Positions 33,657 through 43,899 of a stretch of 64,000 bases of DNA are shown here, piece by piece. Under the pieces are notes generated by a model. It was not told where the DNA came from, searched no databases, and saw only the letters and a list, made by a program, of their open reading frames with translations. Position 1 is the first letter of the stretch. Each line of letters starts with the position of its first letter. The stretch lies in the NCBI GenBank assembly GCA_963769025.1, contig CAVYKI010000003.1, positions 1,216,001 through 1,280,000 on the forward strand, given 5' to 3'. The DNA is from an uncultured Verrucomicrobiae bacterium. Lineage in GTDB: Bacteria; Verrucomicrobiota; Verrucomicrobiia; Chthoniobacterales; Chthoniobacteraceae. Both the position numbers and the translations under genes were made by a program.

Positions 33657-35552
33657 ATGCTGCGCATCCCCGCCCTCCTGCTGCTCGCCGTTTCGTTCCT
33701 CCGTGCGCAGGATCCCGATGTCCTCGTCTATGGCGCGACGCCCGCGGGCATCGCCGCAGCCATCGCGGCTGCGGAGGCTGGGGAGAATGTGCTGCTCGTC
33801 GAACCGACGGACCGGATCGGCGGGATGGTCACGTCCGGGCTTTCCCACACGGACTTCCGCACCGTCGAGGGACTGACCGGCGCGTACCTGAAATTCGCCA
33901 GGAACGTCGAGCAGCACTATCGCGAGGCGTTCGGGCCAGACTCACCGCAGGTGCGGGATTCGTGGCGCGGCGTCTTTGCGGAGCCGAAGGTGAACCTCGC
34001 GGTCTTCGAGAAGATGATCGCCGCGCAGCCGAACATCACGCTCTGGAAAAACCGGCGCGTGTTCGGGGCACGGATGTCAGGAGATGCGGACGGCAGCTCG
34101 ATCGGGCTCGTCGCACTCATCGAGAACGACGGACGCACCACGCTGACGGTGACGGCGGACTACTACATCGATGCGACGTACGAGGGCGATTTGATCGCGG
34201 CGGCGAAGGTGCCGTACCGGGTCGGACGCGAAAGGCGCGACGAGTATGGCGAATCGCTGGCGCCGGAGCAGGCGGACGCGCAGCTCCAGGCCTACAATTT
34301 CCGGCTCACCGCCACGCAGGATCCGGCCAACCGCGTGATGCCGAAAAAGCCGAAGGGCTACCAGCGGGAGGATTTTGAGGGAGTGCTGCCGCTGTTCAAA
34401 AGCGGGAAGCTGAAGACGGTTTTCGGCTATCCGGGCGGCTGTCTTTACAAGGCGCAGACGCCTCCGCTGCCGAATGGAAAATATGACCTCAATGACGTGT
34501 CGGGCGGCATCGTGCGGCTGTCGCTGCCCGGCGAGAACCTCGAATGGCCCGATGGCGGCGGGGGTGCGGCGGTGCGCAGCGCGCCGGAGACGGCCGTGAT
34601 TCCCGAGGTGCCCTTTTCGCCCACCGGCCTCGCGCAGGCGCGCCATCGTGTCTTCGACACGCACCTGCGCTGGAATGTGGGACTGCTCTACTTTTTGCAA
34701 AATGATCCCGCCGTGCCTGCAAAGGTGTGCGACGAGGCGCGTTCCTGGGGCTGGTGCCGCGATGAATATGACGACAACGCGCATCTCCCGCCGCAGCTCT
34801 ACGTCCGCGAGGCGCGCCGGATGACGGGCGCCTACGTCTTCACCGAAAAGGACACCGAACATGCGCCGGATGACGCACGGGCCGTCTTGCGCACAGATGC
34901 GATCGCGATGGGCGATTACGGTCCGAACTGCCACGGCACTGCGCACGAAGGCTCGCGCTTCGGCGGGAAGCACACGGGCGAATTTTACAAACGTGTGTCG
35001 CCTTACCAAATCCCGTACGGCGTGCTCGTCCCGGTGAAGGTGGAGAATCTGCTTGCGCCCGGACCGGTGAGTGCGTCGCACGTGGGATTCTGCGCGCTGC
35101 GGCTGGAGCCGATCTGGATGTCGCTCGGCGAAGCGGCGGGCCATGCGGCGCACCTTGCGCATGCCGGCCGGAAGACCGTGCAACGCGTGTCCGTCCCCGA
35201 GCTTCAATCGCGCCTGCATTCCAGCGGCGGGGCCACGATCTACGTGAGCGACGTGCTGCCGGGGCACGCGGATTTTGCAGCCGTGCAGTGGTGGGGGACG
35301 GCGGGCGGCCTGCACGGTCTCGCGCCGATGCCGGCGACGCCGGGGGAGCGGGGGGAAAACCTCCACGGCCAGTACTACGAGGCGTTCCCGAATCACGCCG
35401 CGGAGCTGGAGCGCACGCTCGACGAGACGACCGCCGCGAAGTGGACGGCGCTCGCGCAGAAGCTGGGCATCGCGACTGACGCGTTGCCGAAGGCGGACGG
35501 AAAGGCGACCCGCGGCGAGTGGCTCCGGAAGGCGTGGGCACTGAAAAAGTAG
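33657..35552 (+). CDS. secreted FAD-dependent oxidoreductase (FAD_oxidored family)
   Basis: Signal peptide, VYGATPAGIAAA, IDATYEGDL, YVREARRM, PYQIPY, SASHVG..ALRLEP. Confidence 0.88.
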   Translation: MLRIPALLLLAVSFLRAQDPDVLVYGATPAGIAAAIAAAEAGENVLLVEPTDRIGGMVTSGLSHTDFRTVEGLTGAYLKFARNVEQHYREAFGPDSPQVRDSWRGVFAEPKVNLAVFEKMIAAQPNITLWKNRRVFGARMSGDADGSSIGLVALIENDGRTTLTVTADYYIDATYEGDLIAAAKVPYRVGRERRDEYGESLAPEQADAQLQAYNFRLTATQDPANRVMPKKPKGYQREDFEGVLPLFKSGKLKTVFGYPGGCLYKAQTPPLPNGKYDLNDVSGGIVRLSLPGENLEWPDGGGGAAVRSAPETAVIPEVPFSPTGLAQARHRVFDTHLRWNVGLLYFLQNDPAVPAKVCDEARSWGWCRDEYDDNAHLPPQLYVREARRMTGAYVFTEKDTEHAPDDARAVLRTDAIAMGDYGPNCHGTAHEGSRFGGKHTGEFYKRVSPYQIPYGVLVPVKVENLLAPGPVSASHVGFCALRLEPIWMSLGEAAGHAAHLAHAGRKTVQRVSVPELQSRLHSSGGATIYVSDVLPGHADFAAVQWWGTAGGLHGLAPMPATPGERGENLHGQYYEAFPNHAAELERTLDETTAAKWTALAQKLGIATDALPKADGKATRGEWLRKAWALKK

Positions 35553-35621
35553 CCGCCGACGGCAGGAGGCGGGCTGATCTGACGGGATGACTTATGCCCG
35601 CCTCCTTCCGCCGCCGGCTAC
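35549..35621. repeat. GTAG-type REP doublet (REPIN-like) between convergent genes
   Basis: GTAGCCGCCGACGGCAGGAGGCGGGC (35549-35574) and inverted GCCCGCCTCCTTCCGCCGCCGGCTAC (35596-35621). Confidence 0.8.
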
Positions 35622-36903
35622 ATCAGCATCAGCGCGGGCGACTCGAGCAGTTTCTTGAGTTCGGAGAGGTAGTTCGCGCCGACTGCACCGTCCACCACGC
35701 GGTGGTCCGCGCTGAGCGTGATGCTCACGCGCTGGCCGACGACGATGGCGTCGCCGGGACCGACGACGGGCTTTTTCACGATCGCGCCGATGGCGAGGAT
35801 GAGCGCCTGCGGCGGATTGATGATCGCGCAGAACTGCTCGATGCCGTACGCGCCGAGGTTCGAGACGGTGATCGTGCCGCCGGCGAATTCGTCAGGCTTG
35901 AGCTTCTTGTTGCGGGCGCGCGTCGCGAGGTCTTTGACGGCGTCGCTGATTTCGCGGAGCGACTTTTTCTGCGCGTCGCGAATGACAGGCGTCACGAGTC
36001 CTTCCTCGACGGCGACTGCGACGCTGAGATTTACCGCGGCGTACTGGATGATCGAATCACCCGCAAAGCTCGCATTCACCTGAGGGACCTTTTGCGCGGC
36101 GGTCACGACTGCCTTGAGGACGAAATCGTTCACCGTGAGCTTCTGCGTGCCGGAGGCTTCGGCGGCGGTGTTGGCCTCGGCGCGCAGCTTCATGAGCGGG
36201 CCGGCGTCCACCTCGATGGTGAGGTAGAAATGCGGGAGATGTGTTTTGCTGGAGAGCAGCCGTTCGGCGATGATGCGGCGCATTCCGCTGAGCGGGATGA
36301 CCGTGTCGTCCGCGCCAGCCGGGACTGATGCGATGGTCGGAACCGAGGAGCCCCCGCCGCGGGCGATGCAGGGGCCGTCTCCACGTCGCGTGCGAGGATG
36401 CGGCCGCCGGGACCGGAGCCGCGGAGTGCGGAGAGATTCACGCCTTTGGAGGAGGCCATCTTTTTCGCGAGCGGCGACGCCTTTACCCGGACGCCGGAAG
36501 TGGAGGTCGCTGCGCGGGAACCGGTGGCCGGGGCGGCGTGCGTGGCCACGGCCGTTCCCGCGGCGGGAGCGCCGCTTGCGGGCGCGGGAGCTCCGGCGGC
36601 TGTAGCGGCGGCCGCCGGTTTCGCGGCGACCTCGGGAAGGGCGCCATCGGCGGGCGCCTGCTCATTCTTTCCGAGCAGTGTGGCGATGGGCGTGCCGCAC
36701 GGGACCTTCTGTCCGGCGGCGACGAGCAGCTTGTGGACGGTGCCGTCGTCGAAGGACTCGATCTCCATCGTTGCCTTGTCGGTTTCCACTTCGCCGAGGA
36801 TGTCCCCGGTGGCCACCTTGTCGCCTTCCTTGACGCGCCATTTGAGGAGTGTGCCCTCCGTCATCGTGTCGGCGAGCTTCGGCATTTCGATATTTTTGGC
36901 CAT
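35618..36903 (-). CDS. pdhC: pyruvate dehydrogenase E2, dihydrolipoamide acetyltransferase (frameshifts near 36300-36380)
   Basis: Lipoyl motif EVETDKAT, E3-binding ASPLAKK...GSGPGGRI, catalytic SNLG, AIINPPQ and DHRVVDGA. Confidence 0.9.
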
Positions 36904-37064
36904 GGAGAAAGTTGGTTGGGCGCATCCACGCCGGCGGGCGGGAAAGCGGGAGGCATTTAACGCGAATCGCGCGCTTGGGAAACAAAAACTCGGGGAGGGC
37001 GTGCCGGCGCGGCGTTGCGGGAAAGTGCTGTTCACCGGCGTGAAAGCGCGTTTTCCTGCGCGGC

Positions 37065-37514
37065 GTGAATGAACCCACTGCCGCGACGGGTGAGCCTTTG
37101 ATGCCGACGATCGAGATCGAACAGCAGGTGATGTTTTTCGACACGGACTGCGGCGGGGTGGTGCACAATCTCGCCTACCTGCGGATGATCGAGACGGCGC
37201 GGACGCTCCTCGCGGAGCAAATGGGCCTCGGCATGGTGGAGATGGCGGGCCGCGGAATCTACCCGGTGCTTCTCCGCACGGAGGCGGACTATCGCCGCCC
37301 GGCGAAACTGAGCGACCGGCTGCTCATCCGCGGGCGGATGGATCGCGTGGAACGGGCCCGGTTCTGGTGCGCGTTCGAGGTCGTTCGCCCGTTGGACAAT
37401 GTGCTGATGGTAAGCTGCCGGCAGAGCCTTGCGCTCATCCAGATGCCCGCGGGAAAGCCGCTGCGGCTGCCCGAGGACTGGGCGTCGCGCTTCGCGCATC
37501 TGCGCGCGCCGTGA
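37065..37514 (+). CDS. acyl-CoA thioesterase (4HBT/YbgC family)
   Basis: FFDTDCGGVVHNLAYLRMIETAR hot-dog fold motif. Confidence 0.88.
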   Translation: MNEPTAATGEPLMPTIEIEQQVMFFDTDCGGVVHNLAYLRMIETARTLLAEQMGLGMVEMAGRGIYPVLLRTEADYRRPAKLSDRLLIRGRMDRVERARFWCAFEVVRPLDNVLMVSCRQSLALIQMPAGKPLRLPEDWASRFAHLRAP

Positions 37515-37524
37515 GCCGCGCGCG

Positions 37525-38901
37525 CTACCGCTGGAGCTGATCCTGCAGGAACTTCACGACCTGCCGGATTTTCTCGTCGGTGGTGATGCGCTCCTTCACG
37601 AGGCGATGCGCGTGCAGCACGGTGCCGTGGTCGCGTCCGCCAAAGGAATCGCCGATTTCCATGAGCGAGGACTTTGTGAGTTCGCGGGCGATGTACATCG
37701 CGATCTGCCGCGGGAAGGCGATGTTCTTCGGGCGGCGCTTGCTGGTCATGTCCGCGATGCGCACGTCGAAGTGCTCGGCCACGCGCTTCTGGATGTTGTC
37801 GATGCTCACGCTGCGGCGCGCCTCTTCCTGGAGCAGATCCTTCAGCAGGATTTCCACGCGCTCCTGCGAGGGAGTGCTGCCGGTCAGGGAAATCAGCGAC
37901 GCGACCCGCATGAGCGCGCCCTCGAGCCGGCGGATGTTCGTGCGGATGCGTTGCGCGATGAAGTCGATGAGCTCCGGCTCCAGCCGGATTTCGAGCGCCG
38001 CGGCCTTTTTCTGCAAAATCGCGGTGCGCGTCTCGACATCCGGCGGCTGGAGCTCGGCGGTCATGCCCCACTCGAATCGGGAGACGAGACGTGGCTCGAG
38101 GTTGTTGATTTCCGCAGGCGGGCGGTCGGAGCTGAGGACGATCTGCTTGTGGCCGTCGAAGAGCGTGTTGAACGTGTGGAAAAATTCCTCCTGCGAGCGT
38201 TCCTTGCCGGCGAGGAACTGGATGTCGTCGATGAGCAGCACATCGACCTGGCGGTAGCGCTTGCGGAATTTCACGAGCGTGCCGTTCTGGATGGCGTCGA
38301 TGAACTCGTTGGTGAAGCGCTCGCTGGTGACGTAGGCGACTTTCGCGCCCTTGCGCGTGGCCATGACCTCCTGGCCGATCGCATGCATGAGGTGCGTCTT
38401 CCCGAGACCGACGCCGCCGTAGAAGAACAGCGGGTTATAGACTTTTCCCGGCGTCTTTGCGACGGCGAGACACGCGGCGTGGGCGAACTGGTTGTTCGTG
38501 CCGACGACGAACGTCCCGAAGGTGTTGTTCGGGTTCATCCCGCTGGCCACGACCTTTTCCTCCGCCTCCTGCTCGGTCATCACCGCACGGGCAGGTGCAC
38601 GGCGGACCTCCGGTTCGGGCATGCTCCCGGCACCGTCGCATACGAAGCGGACTTCGAGCGGGGATTTCAGGACGAGGAGCACGGCGGCGCGCAGGGAGCC
38701 GATGTAGTTGTCCTCGATCCAATAGCGATAGATGTCGTTCGGAACCTTCAGGCTGATCTGCTTGGGGCTGATTTCGAGCGGTTCGACCGCCTTGAACCAG
38801 CGGTCGAAAACCTCGGGAGAAACCTCCGAGCGCAGGGCGTCGGAGATCTTGTCCCAGAGGGGTTTCACGTTGAGAGCTTCAGGCTTCTTATCCACAGGCA
38901 T
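37525..38901 (-). CDS. dnaA: chromosomal replication initiator DnaA
   Basis: NPLFFYGGVGLGKTHL, LLIDDIQF, RLVSRFEWG, NIRRLEGAL, GGRDHGTVLHA. Confidence 0.97.
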   Translation of the reverse strand: MPVDKKPEALNVKPLWDKISDALRSEVSPEVFDRWFKAVEPLEISPKQISLKVPNDIYRYWIEDNYIGSLRAAVLLVLKSPLEVRFVCDGAGSMPEPEVRRAPARAVMTEQEAEEKVVASGMNPNNTFGTFVVGTNNQFAHAACLAVAKTPGKVYNPLFFYGGVGLGKTHLMHAIGQEVMATRKGAKVAYVTSERFTNEFIDAIQNGTLVKFRKRYRQVDVLLIDDIQFLAGKERSQEEFFHTFNTLFDGHKQIVLSSDRPPAEINNLEPRLVSRFEWGMTAELQPPDVETRTAILQKKAAALEIRLEPELIDFIAQRIRTNIRRLEGALMRVASLISLTGSTPSQERVEILLKDLLQEEARRSVSIDNIQKRVAEHFDVRIADMTSKRRPKNIAFPRQIAMYIARELTKSSLMEIGDSFGGRDHGTVLHAHRLVKERITTDEKIRQVVKFLQDQLQR

Positions 38902-39248
38902 TTAAAGGGAGGAATTAATTTGGAAAATCATGGACCTTCAGGGAAAAAGCCGCGGGATGTTACGCAATCGAAACGGCGAAGCGTTCCACGGAAATGTGGT
39001 GCCGCTCGTAATCGATTCGGGTAACTGGCTTTTGTGGAAGGACTTCGAAAGGCTGTAGTTGTGGAACGCAGATACTTACTTTCTCCTGGCGCGAAATCCC
39101 CCCGGCCTTCGGTGACGAAGCCGTTACGGAATGTCTGGGATTGGATTTGCAGGTCTTGTTCACAACTTATTAACACCGGGATTGCTTTCGTCCGCAGGTG
39201 CGGTCGGAGTCTGAAAACCATGCTCTCTGCTGCCAAGATTTTTCCACC
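38888..39248. promoter_or_regulatory. cluster of DnaA boxes in a lower-GC region upstream of dnaA (autoregulation and/or oriC)
   Basis: Perfect TTATCCACA at 38888-38896; one-mismatch boxes TTGTTCACA (39156), TTATTAACA (39167) and TTTTCCACC (39240); weaker TGTGGAA sites near 39033 and 39060; AT-rich 38901-38930. Confidence 0.65.
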
Positions 39249-39401
39249 GAAGCGGTCGAACATTTTTCGGAAGAAAATGCTTGCTGTGGCCGGGAGTCTG
39301 GAAATTTGCAGGGTTGCAGCGTCGTGTCGGCTGAAAGTGACGGTTTCATGCCGGTTTCAGGGCGATTCGGTGTCGCGAAATCCGCCACATGCCTCTGGAA
39401 A

Positions 39402-41021
39402 CTAGCAGCCATGCGCCTTTTCGGGCTGTGCGTCCCGGGTCCGAAAACAGAGGGCGATAAAGAACGTGACCATGGTGCCCGAGAAAATCCACCACGGGAA
39501 CTCCAGCCTCGGCATCCACGCCGGGCGCGGCAGCCCGGTGCCGCCGAAGAGCGCGGCGACCGAGGCGTCGAGGCCGCTCAGGTACGTCACGGCGATGAAT
39601 CCGGCGGTCATCGCCACGGCGTTCCCGGCGTCGTTCCCCCGGCGGCGCGTGAAGAGGCCGACGAGAAACACACCGAGCAGCGAGCCATACGTGTAGCCGA
39701 AAATCCCGAGGATGATCGGAATGATGCGAAGCTTGGGGTTCATCGCGCTGACCCACGCGGTCGCGAGCCCGACGGCGATGAGCAGCACCGCGAAGAGGAC
39801 CGTGCCGAGGCGGAAGACGCGCACGCGGCCCGCCTCCGTGGCCGGCTCGCCGAACCAGCGGAAATGGAAGTCGCGCACATAGGAGGTCGCGAGCGAATTG
39901 AGCGCCGTGCTCAGCGATCCCATCGTGGTGGCGAGCACGCCCGCGAGCACGAGCCCGCGCAGGCCGCCGGGCATCGCCGTGAGGATGAAATGCGGGAACG
40001 CCTTGTTCGGCACGGCCATGCCTTCCGCCGTGCGCGGCAGCAGCGGGTCCGCCGTCACGCTGTAATGCACCGCGAGCAGGATGCCGATGCTCAGCACGCA
40101 AAACTGGATAGGCACATCCACCAGCCCGCTGACGATCGTCGCGAATCCGCTCTGGCGCTTGTTTTTCGCGGTGAGCATCCGCTGCACCATGTCCTGGTCG
40201 GTGCCATGCGTGGCGAGCGTCACAAACGTCGATCCGAGAAATGCCGCGAACAGCGTGTACTCCTGCTCCAGCACGTGCTTCACATTTCCCCAAAAACCGA
40301 GGCCCTCCTGCGTCCCCAAATCAATGACCTTCGCGCCGAACAGATGCGGTTTCGCCGCTTCCCAGCCGCCAACATGCCCGATGAGGTAGTGCAGCGAAAA
40401 CGCGAGTGCGCAGATGAGCACGATGATCTGCAGCACGTCCGTCCAGATCACCGCGCGGATGCCGCCGATGGTCGTGTAAATCGCCGTCGCCACCGCGACG
40501 AAGACAAGCGCGCCCGCCGTGAGCCAGAATTCCCGCACCGGCGTCGCTGCCACGCCGGGATGCGCGAGGTTCCAGATCATCACCAGCAGCACGGTCGGCA
40601 CCCAGAGCCGCGTGCCGCTGGCGAGCAGCCGCGTGACGAGGAACACCGCCGAGGCCGACCGGCGCGTCCGCGGCCCAAAGCGCATCTCGAGGAATTCGTA
40701 AATGCTCACGACGTTATGCCGGTAGTACGCAGGGATGAAGACCAGGCTCACCACCACGCGCGCGAGCAGGTAGCCGATGATGAGCTGGACGTACGTGTAG
40801 TTCCGCAGCGCGAAGCCCTCGCCCGGCGCGCCGAAAAACGTGCCCGCGGAAATCTCCGCCGCAAGGATGCTCGCCAGCACCGCCCACCACGCGATCTGCC
40901 GGTTCCCCAGCGCGAAGCCTTCCACCGATTTCGTGCCCCGGCTCATCCAAAGCCCGATGCCGATGACCATCCCGAAGTACGCGACGATCACGATGGCATC
41001 GAAAATAAGGGCGGTGCTCAT
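39402..41021 (-). CDS. sodium:solute symporter (SSS) family transporter
   Basis: SILAAEISAGTFFGAPG, SIYEFLEMRFG, GGIRAVIWTD, HGTDQDMVQR; multiple TMs. Confidence 0.92.
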   Translation of the reverse strand: MSTALIFDAIVIVAYFGMVIGIGLWMSRGTKSVEGFALGNRQIAWWAVLASILAAEISAGTFFGAPGEGFALRNYTYVQLIIGYLLARVVVSLVFIPAYYRHNVVSIYEFLEMRFGPRTRRSASAVFLVTRLLASGTRLWVPTVLLVMIWNLAHPGVAATPVREFWLTAGALVFVAVATAIYTTIGGIRAVIWTDVLQIIVLICALAFSLHYLIGHVGGWEAAKPHLFGAKVIDLGTQEGLGFWGNVKHVLEQEYTLFAAFLGSTFVTLATHGTDQDMVQRMLTAKNKRQSGFATIVSGLVDVPIQFCVLSIGILLAVHYSVTADPLLPRTAEGMAVPNKAFPHFILTAMPGGLRGLVLAGVLATTMGSLSTALNSLATSYVRDFHFRWFGEPATEAGRVRVFRLGTVLFAVLLIAVGLATAWVSAMNPKLRIIPIILGIFGYTYGSLLGVFLVGLFTRRRGNDAGNAVAMTAGFIAVTYLSGLDASVAALFGGTGLPRPAWMPRLEFPWWIFSGTMVTFFIALCFRTRDAQPEKAHGC

Positions 41022-41049
41022 TTTGGTAAAGTGGACGACGGATCAACCG

Positions 41050-42357
41050 TCACACGCGGGCGGGCTCGACCACCGCGGCGGCGATCGCGCGTTGGAGGAC
41101 CTTGGAATTCCGTCCGCTGGCGTCGTACTTTTTCCGGCGCTCGGGCGGCAGTTCGTCCGGCGTGACTTCGATGTAGCCGCCCTTTTGCTGGAAGTAATTG
41201 AACGCCTGCGTCGAGAGCGCGAAGATGTGCTTCATCCCGCGCTGCGCTGCCAGCTGCTCGGCGAAGGCCATCATCTTCCGGCCAAAGCCCTGCCCCTCGT
41301 GGCTCTTCGCGACGTAGAGGCACGCGAGCTCGGATTTCTGCGCCTCGGGGTAATCATGCACGGCGACGCACGCGACGAGCTGCCGGTCGATTTCCAGCAC
41401 CCAGTAGTCGTCGAGCTGCGCGAGAAGGTCGGCCCGCGTGCGCTTCACGAGTTCCGCGTGCTCGACGGACGAGCGGATGAGGATGAGCAGCGCGCGCACG
41501 TCCTTTTTGAACACGCGCCGGATCTGCTGGTAGTCGTTGCCGTAGATCATCGTGCCCACGCCCTCCGGGCTGAACACCTCGGCGAGCAGCGCCTCGTCCA
41601 CGTTGCCGTTGAGCAGATGCACGCGCGGCACTCCGTTGCGGCAGGCGCGCGCGCCGTGCTCGAGTTTGGAAATCGCCCCCGCATCGGTCGGCAGCCGGCG
41701 CTTCTTCACGAGTTCGTCCGCCTCCGCGATGCTGAGCTGGCGGATGAGTTCGCCGTTCACGAGCATCGCGTCCTGTGCGCCGAGGTAGATGATTTTCATC
41801 GCCTGCACCGCCTGCGCGACCTCGACGGCGATCGCGTCGCTGTTCACGCGGAACGTGCGCCCCTCGCCGTCGAAACCGATCGGCGGCACGACGGGAATCA
41901 CGCCTTCGTTCAGGAGCAAATGGAGCAGCTTCGTGTCCACGCGCTCGACCTTGCCGGTGTGCAGAAAATCCACGCCGCCGAGGATGCCCGCGGGATGCGC
42001 GATGACCGCGTTCGCGTACGCCGCGCGCAGGTCCACGCTCGTGAGGCCCTGCATGATGTCGTTCATCAGCGTCGTCGCCGCGTCGAGCGAGACCTTCAGC
42101 GTCGCCTCGTCGGTGATGCCCGTGCCGTCGCTGTTCGTGAGCTTCACCTTGCGCTCCGCCGCGAGCCTCTCGATCTGCGAGGCCGCGCCGTGGACGAGGA
42201 TCACCTTCACGCTCAGCGAGCGCAGCACCGCGAGATCGAGCAGGATGTTGCCAAAATTCGGCGACCCCGCGATCTCGCCATCCACCGCGATCACGAAGAT
42301 TTTTTCCCGGAAGCGGGGGACGTAGGTAAGGATGCCGCGAAGGTCGGAGACTTTCAT
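41050..42357 (-). CDS. argA: amino-acid N-acetyltransferase (AAK + GNAT)
   Basis: LRGILTYVPRFREKIFVI, LVHGA, GVPRVHLL, EVFSPEGVGTM, ELACLYV, GRNSKV. Confidence 0.92.
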   Translation of the reverse strand: MKVSDLRGILTYVPRFREKIFVIAVDGEIAGSPNFGNILLDLAVLRSLSVKVILVHGAASQIERLAAERKVKLTNSDGTGITDEATLKVSLDAATTLMNDIMQGLTSVDLRAAYANAVIAHPAGILGGVDFLHTGKVERVDTKLLHLLLNEGVIPVVPPIGFDGEGRTFRVNSDAIAVEVAQAVQAMKIIYLGAQDAMLVNGELIRQLSIAEADELVKKRRLPTDAGAISKLEHGARACRNGVPRVHLLNGNVDEALLAEVFSPEGVGTMIYGNDYQQIRRVFKKDVRALLILIRSSVEHAELVKRTRADLLAQLDDYWVLEIDRQLVACVAVHDYPEAQKSELACLYVAKSHEGQGFGRKMMAFAEQLAAQRGMKHIFALSTQAFNYFQQKGGYIEVTPDELPPERRKKYDASGRNSKVLQRAIAAAVVEPARV

Positions 42358-42451
42358 CAAGGTCGTACGGTTTGTGCGCCACGCTCGGGCGCGTGTGAAG
42401 CCAGAACTCTGCGGAACGTGAGTACCACGGAGTGGATGAACATCGAATTTG

Positions 42452-42535
42452 AACGCGGAGGCGCGGAGGAGATGGAGAGCAACGGCGCGGACCGTGGATC
42501 TCACGCTGTTGCATCCTCCGGTCCACGCTCCGCGT
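42452..42535. repeat. degenerate ~9-bp-periodic inverted repeat (ACGCGGAG motif)
   Basis: AACGCGGAGGCGCGGAGGAGATGGAG, with an inverted CTCCGCGT at 42528-42535. Confidence 0.35.
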
Positions 42536-42621
42536 GAAGATGAATCGACCGGTCCTCAATTCGCCGTTCCGTCACGTCCCCGCGCTTGCCATCCCCCGCC
42601 GCTCCATGCGTCCCTCGGCGG

Positions 42622-43857
42622 GTGCAAGACACCCGATGGTGGCGCCGATACACCGAACTCGCAGTCCTCTTCTTTCTCCACGCGATGGCGATGGGGATGT
42701 GGTTCGTGCCGCTCGGATCGGTCCTCGATGCGGCAGGCTACGGCGACGTCCACATCCTCGGCTTCGCCGTCAGCGTGAAGGCGCTCGCGTTCGCCACCAG
42801 CGGCATCTCCGCATTCATCTCGCCGCTCATCTTCGGCGCGCTCGCCGACCAGCGGGTCGCGCCCGTGAAGCTGCTCCGGTTCCTCGCGCTCGCCACCGGC
42901 CTCGCGATGACCGCGGCCTCCACCGCCATCAAGTTTCACGCGAGCCCGTTCGTGCTGCTCGTGCTCATCCAGCTCCACGCGCTTTTTTCCACGCCCACGT
43001 GGAGCATCTCCACCACCATCGTGTTCGCGCGGCTCGCAGACGCGGGGCGGGAATTTGGCCCGCTGCGTGCCATGGCCACCGTGGGCTGGATCGTCGGCTG
43101 CCTCATCATCTCCGCGCTCGGCGCCGACCGCACCCCGCTCGCCGGCTACAGCGGCGCGCTCGCATGGCTGGCCGTGCTGCTCTTCAGCTTCACGCTCCGC
43201 CCCATCGAGCCGGCTCGCACGCCCGGGCGGCTGAATTGGAAACAGCGGCTCGGCCTCGACGCCCTCTCCCTGCTCAGGAACCGCGACCACCGCATCGTCT
43301 TCATCACCGCCGCGCTCTATAACATCCCGCTCTGCGCCTTCTATCCGTATTCGCCGCGTCACCTCCGCGAACTCGGCCTCGACCACACCACCGCGTGGAT
43401 GACGCTCGGCCAGATCACCGAAGTCATCGCCATGTTCAGCCTCGCCGGCCTGCTCACGCGCTGGCGGCTGAAACCCATCTTTCTCATGGCCATCGCATTC
43501 GGCGTCCTGCGCTACGGGCTCTGCGCCTTCGACGGCCAGATGTGGCTGCTCGCCGGCATCACCATGCACGGCTTCGCGTTCGCGCTCTTCTTCATCACCG
43601 CGCAAATCTACCTCGAACAGCGCATCGAGTCCGCATGGCGCGCTCGCGCCCAGGCCCTCTTCACGCTCATGTACAGCGGCTTCGGCAACACCCTCGGCTA
43701 CCTCGCCTGCGGCTGGTGGTTCGCCGCGAGCACCGCGGGAAATGTGACGCACTGGCCGAAATTCTGGGGCGGCCTCGCCACATCGGTCGCTGTCGTCTTC
43801 CTGGTCTTCGCCTTCACCTACAAAGGCCGCGGCGCAACAACCGCCGGACAACTGTAG
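42622..43857 (+). CDS. MFS transporter, nucleoside:H+ symporter (NupG/YegT)-like
   Basis: MGMWFVPLG, SPLIFGALADQ, FGPLRAMATVGW, TLGQITEV, HGFAF, RARAQAL. Confidence 0.88.
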   Translation: MQDTRWWRRYTELAVLFFLHAMAMGMWFVPLGSVLDAAGYGDVHILGFAVSVKALAFATSGISAFISPLIFGALADQRVAPVKLLRFLALATGLAMTAASTAIKFHASPFVLLVLIQLHALFSTPTWSISTTIVFARLADAGREFGPLRAMATVGWIVGCLIISALGADRTPLAGYSGALAWLAVLLFSFTLRPIEPARTPGRLNWKQRLGLDALSLLRNRDHRIVFITAALYNIPLCAFYPYSPRHLRELGLDHTTAWMTLGQITEVIAMFSLAGLLTRWRLKPIFLMAIAFGVLRYGLCAFDGQMWLLAGITMHGFAFALFFITAQIYLEQRIESAWRARAQALFTLMYSGFGNTLGYLACGWWFAASTAGNVTHWPKFWGGLATSVAVVFLVFAFTYKGRGATTAGQL

Positions 43858-43877
43858 CCGCCGACGGAAGGAGGCGG
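43854..43877 (+). repeat. single GTAG-type REP copy
   Basis: GTAGCCGCCGACGGAAGGAGGCGG; its TAG is the MFS stop codon. Confidence 0.75.
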
Positions 43878-43899
43878 AAAAGCGTCCCGCACAACAGAT

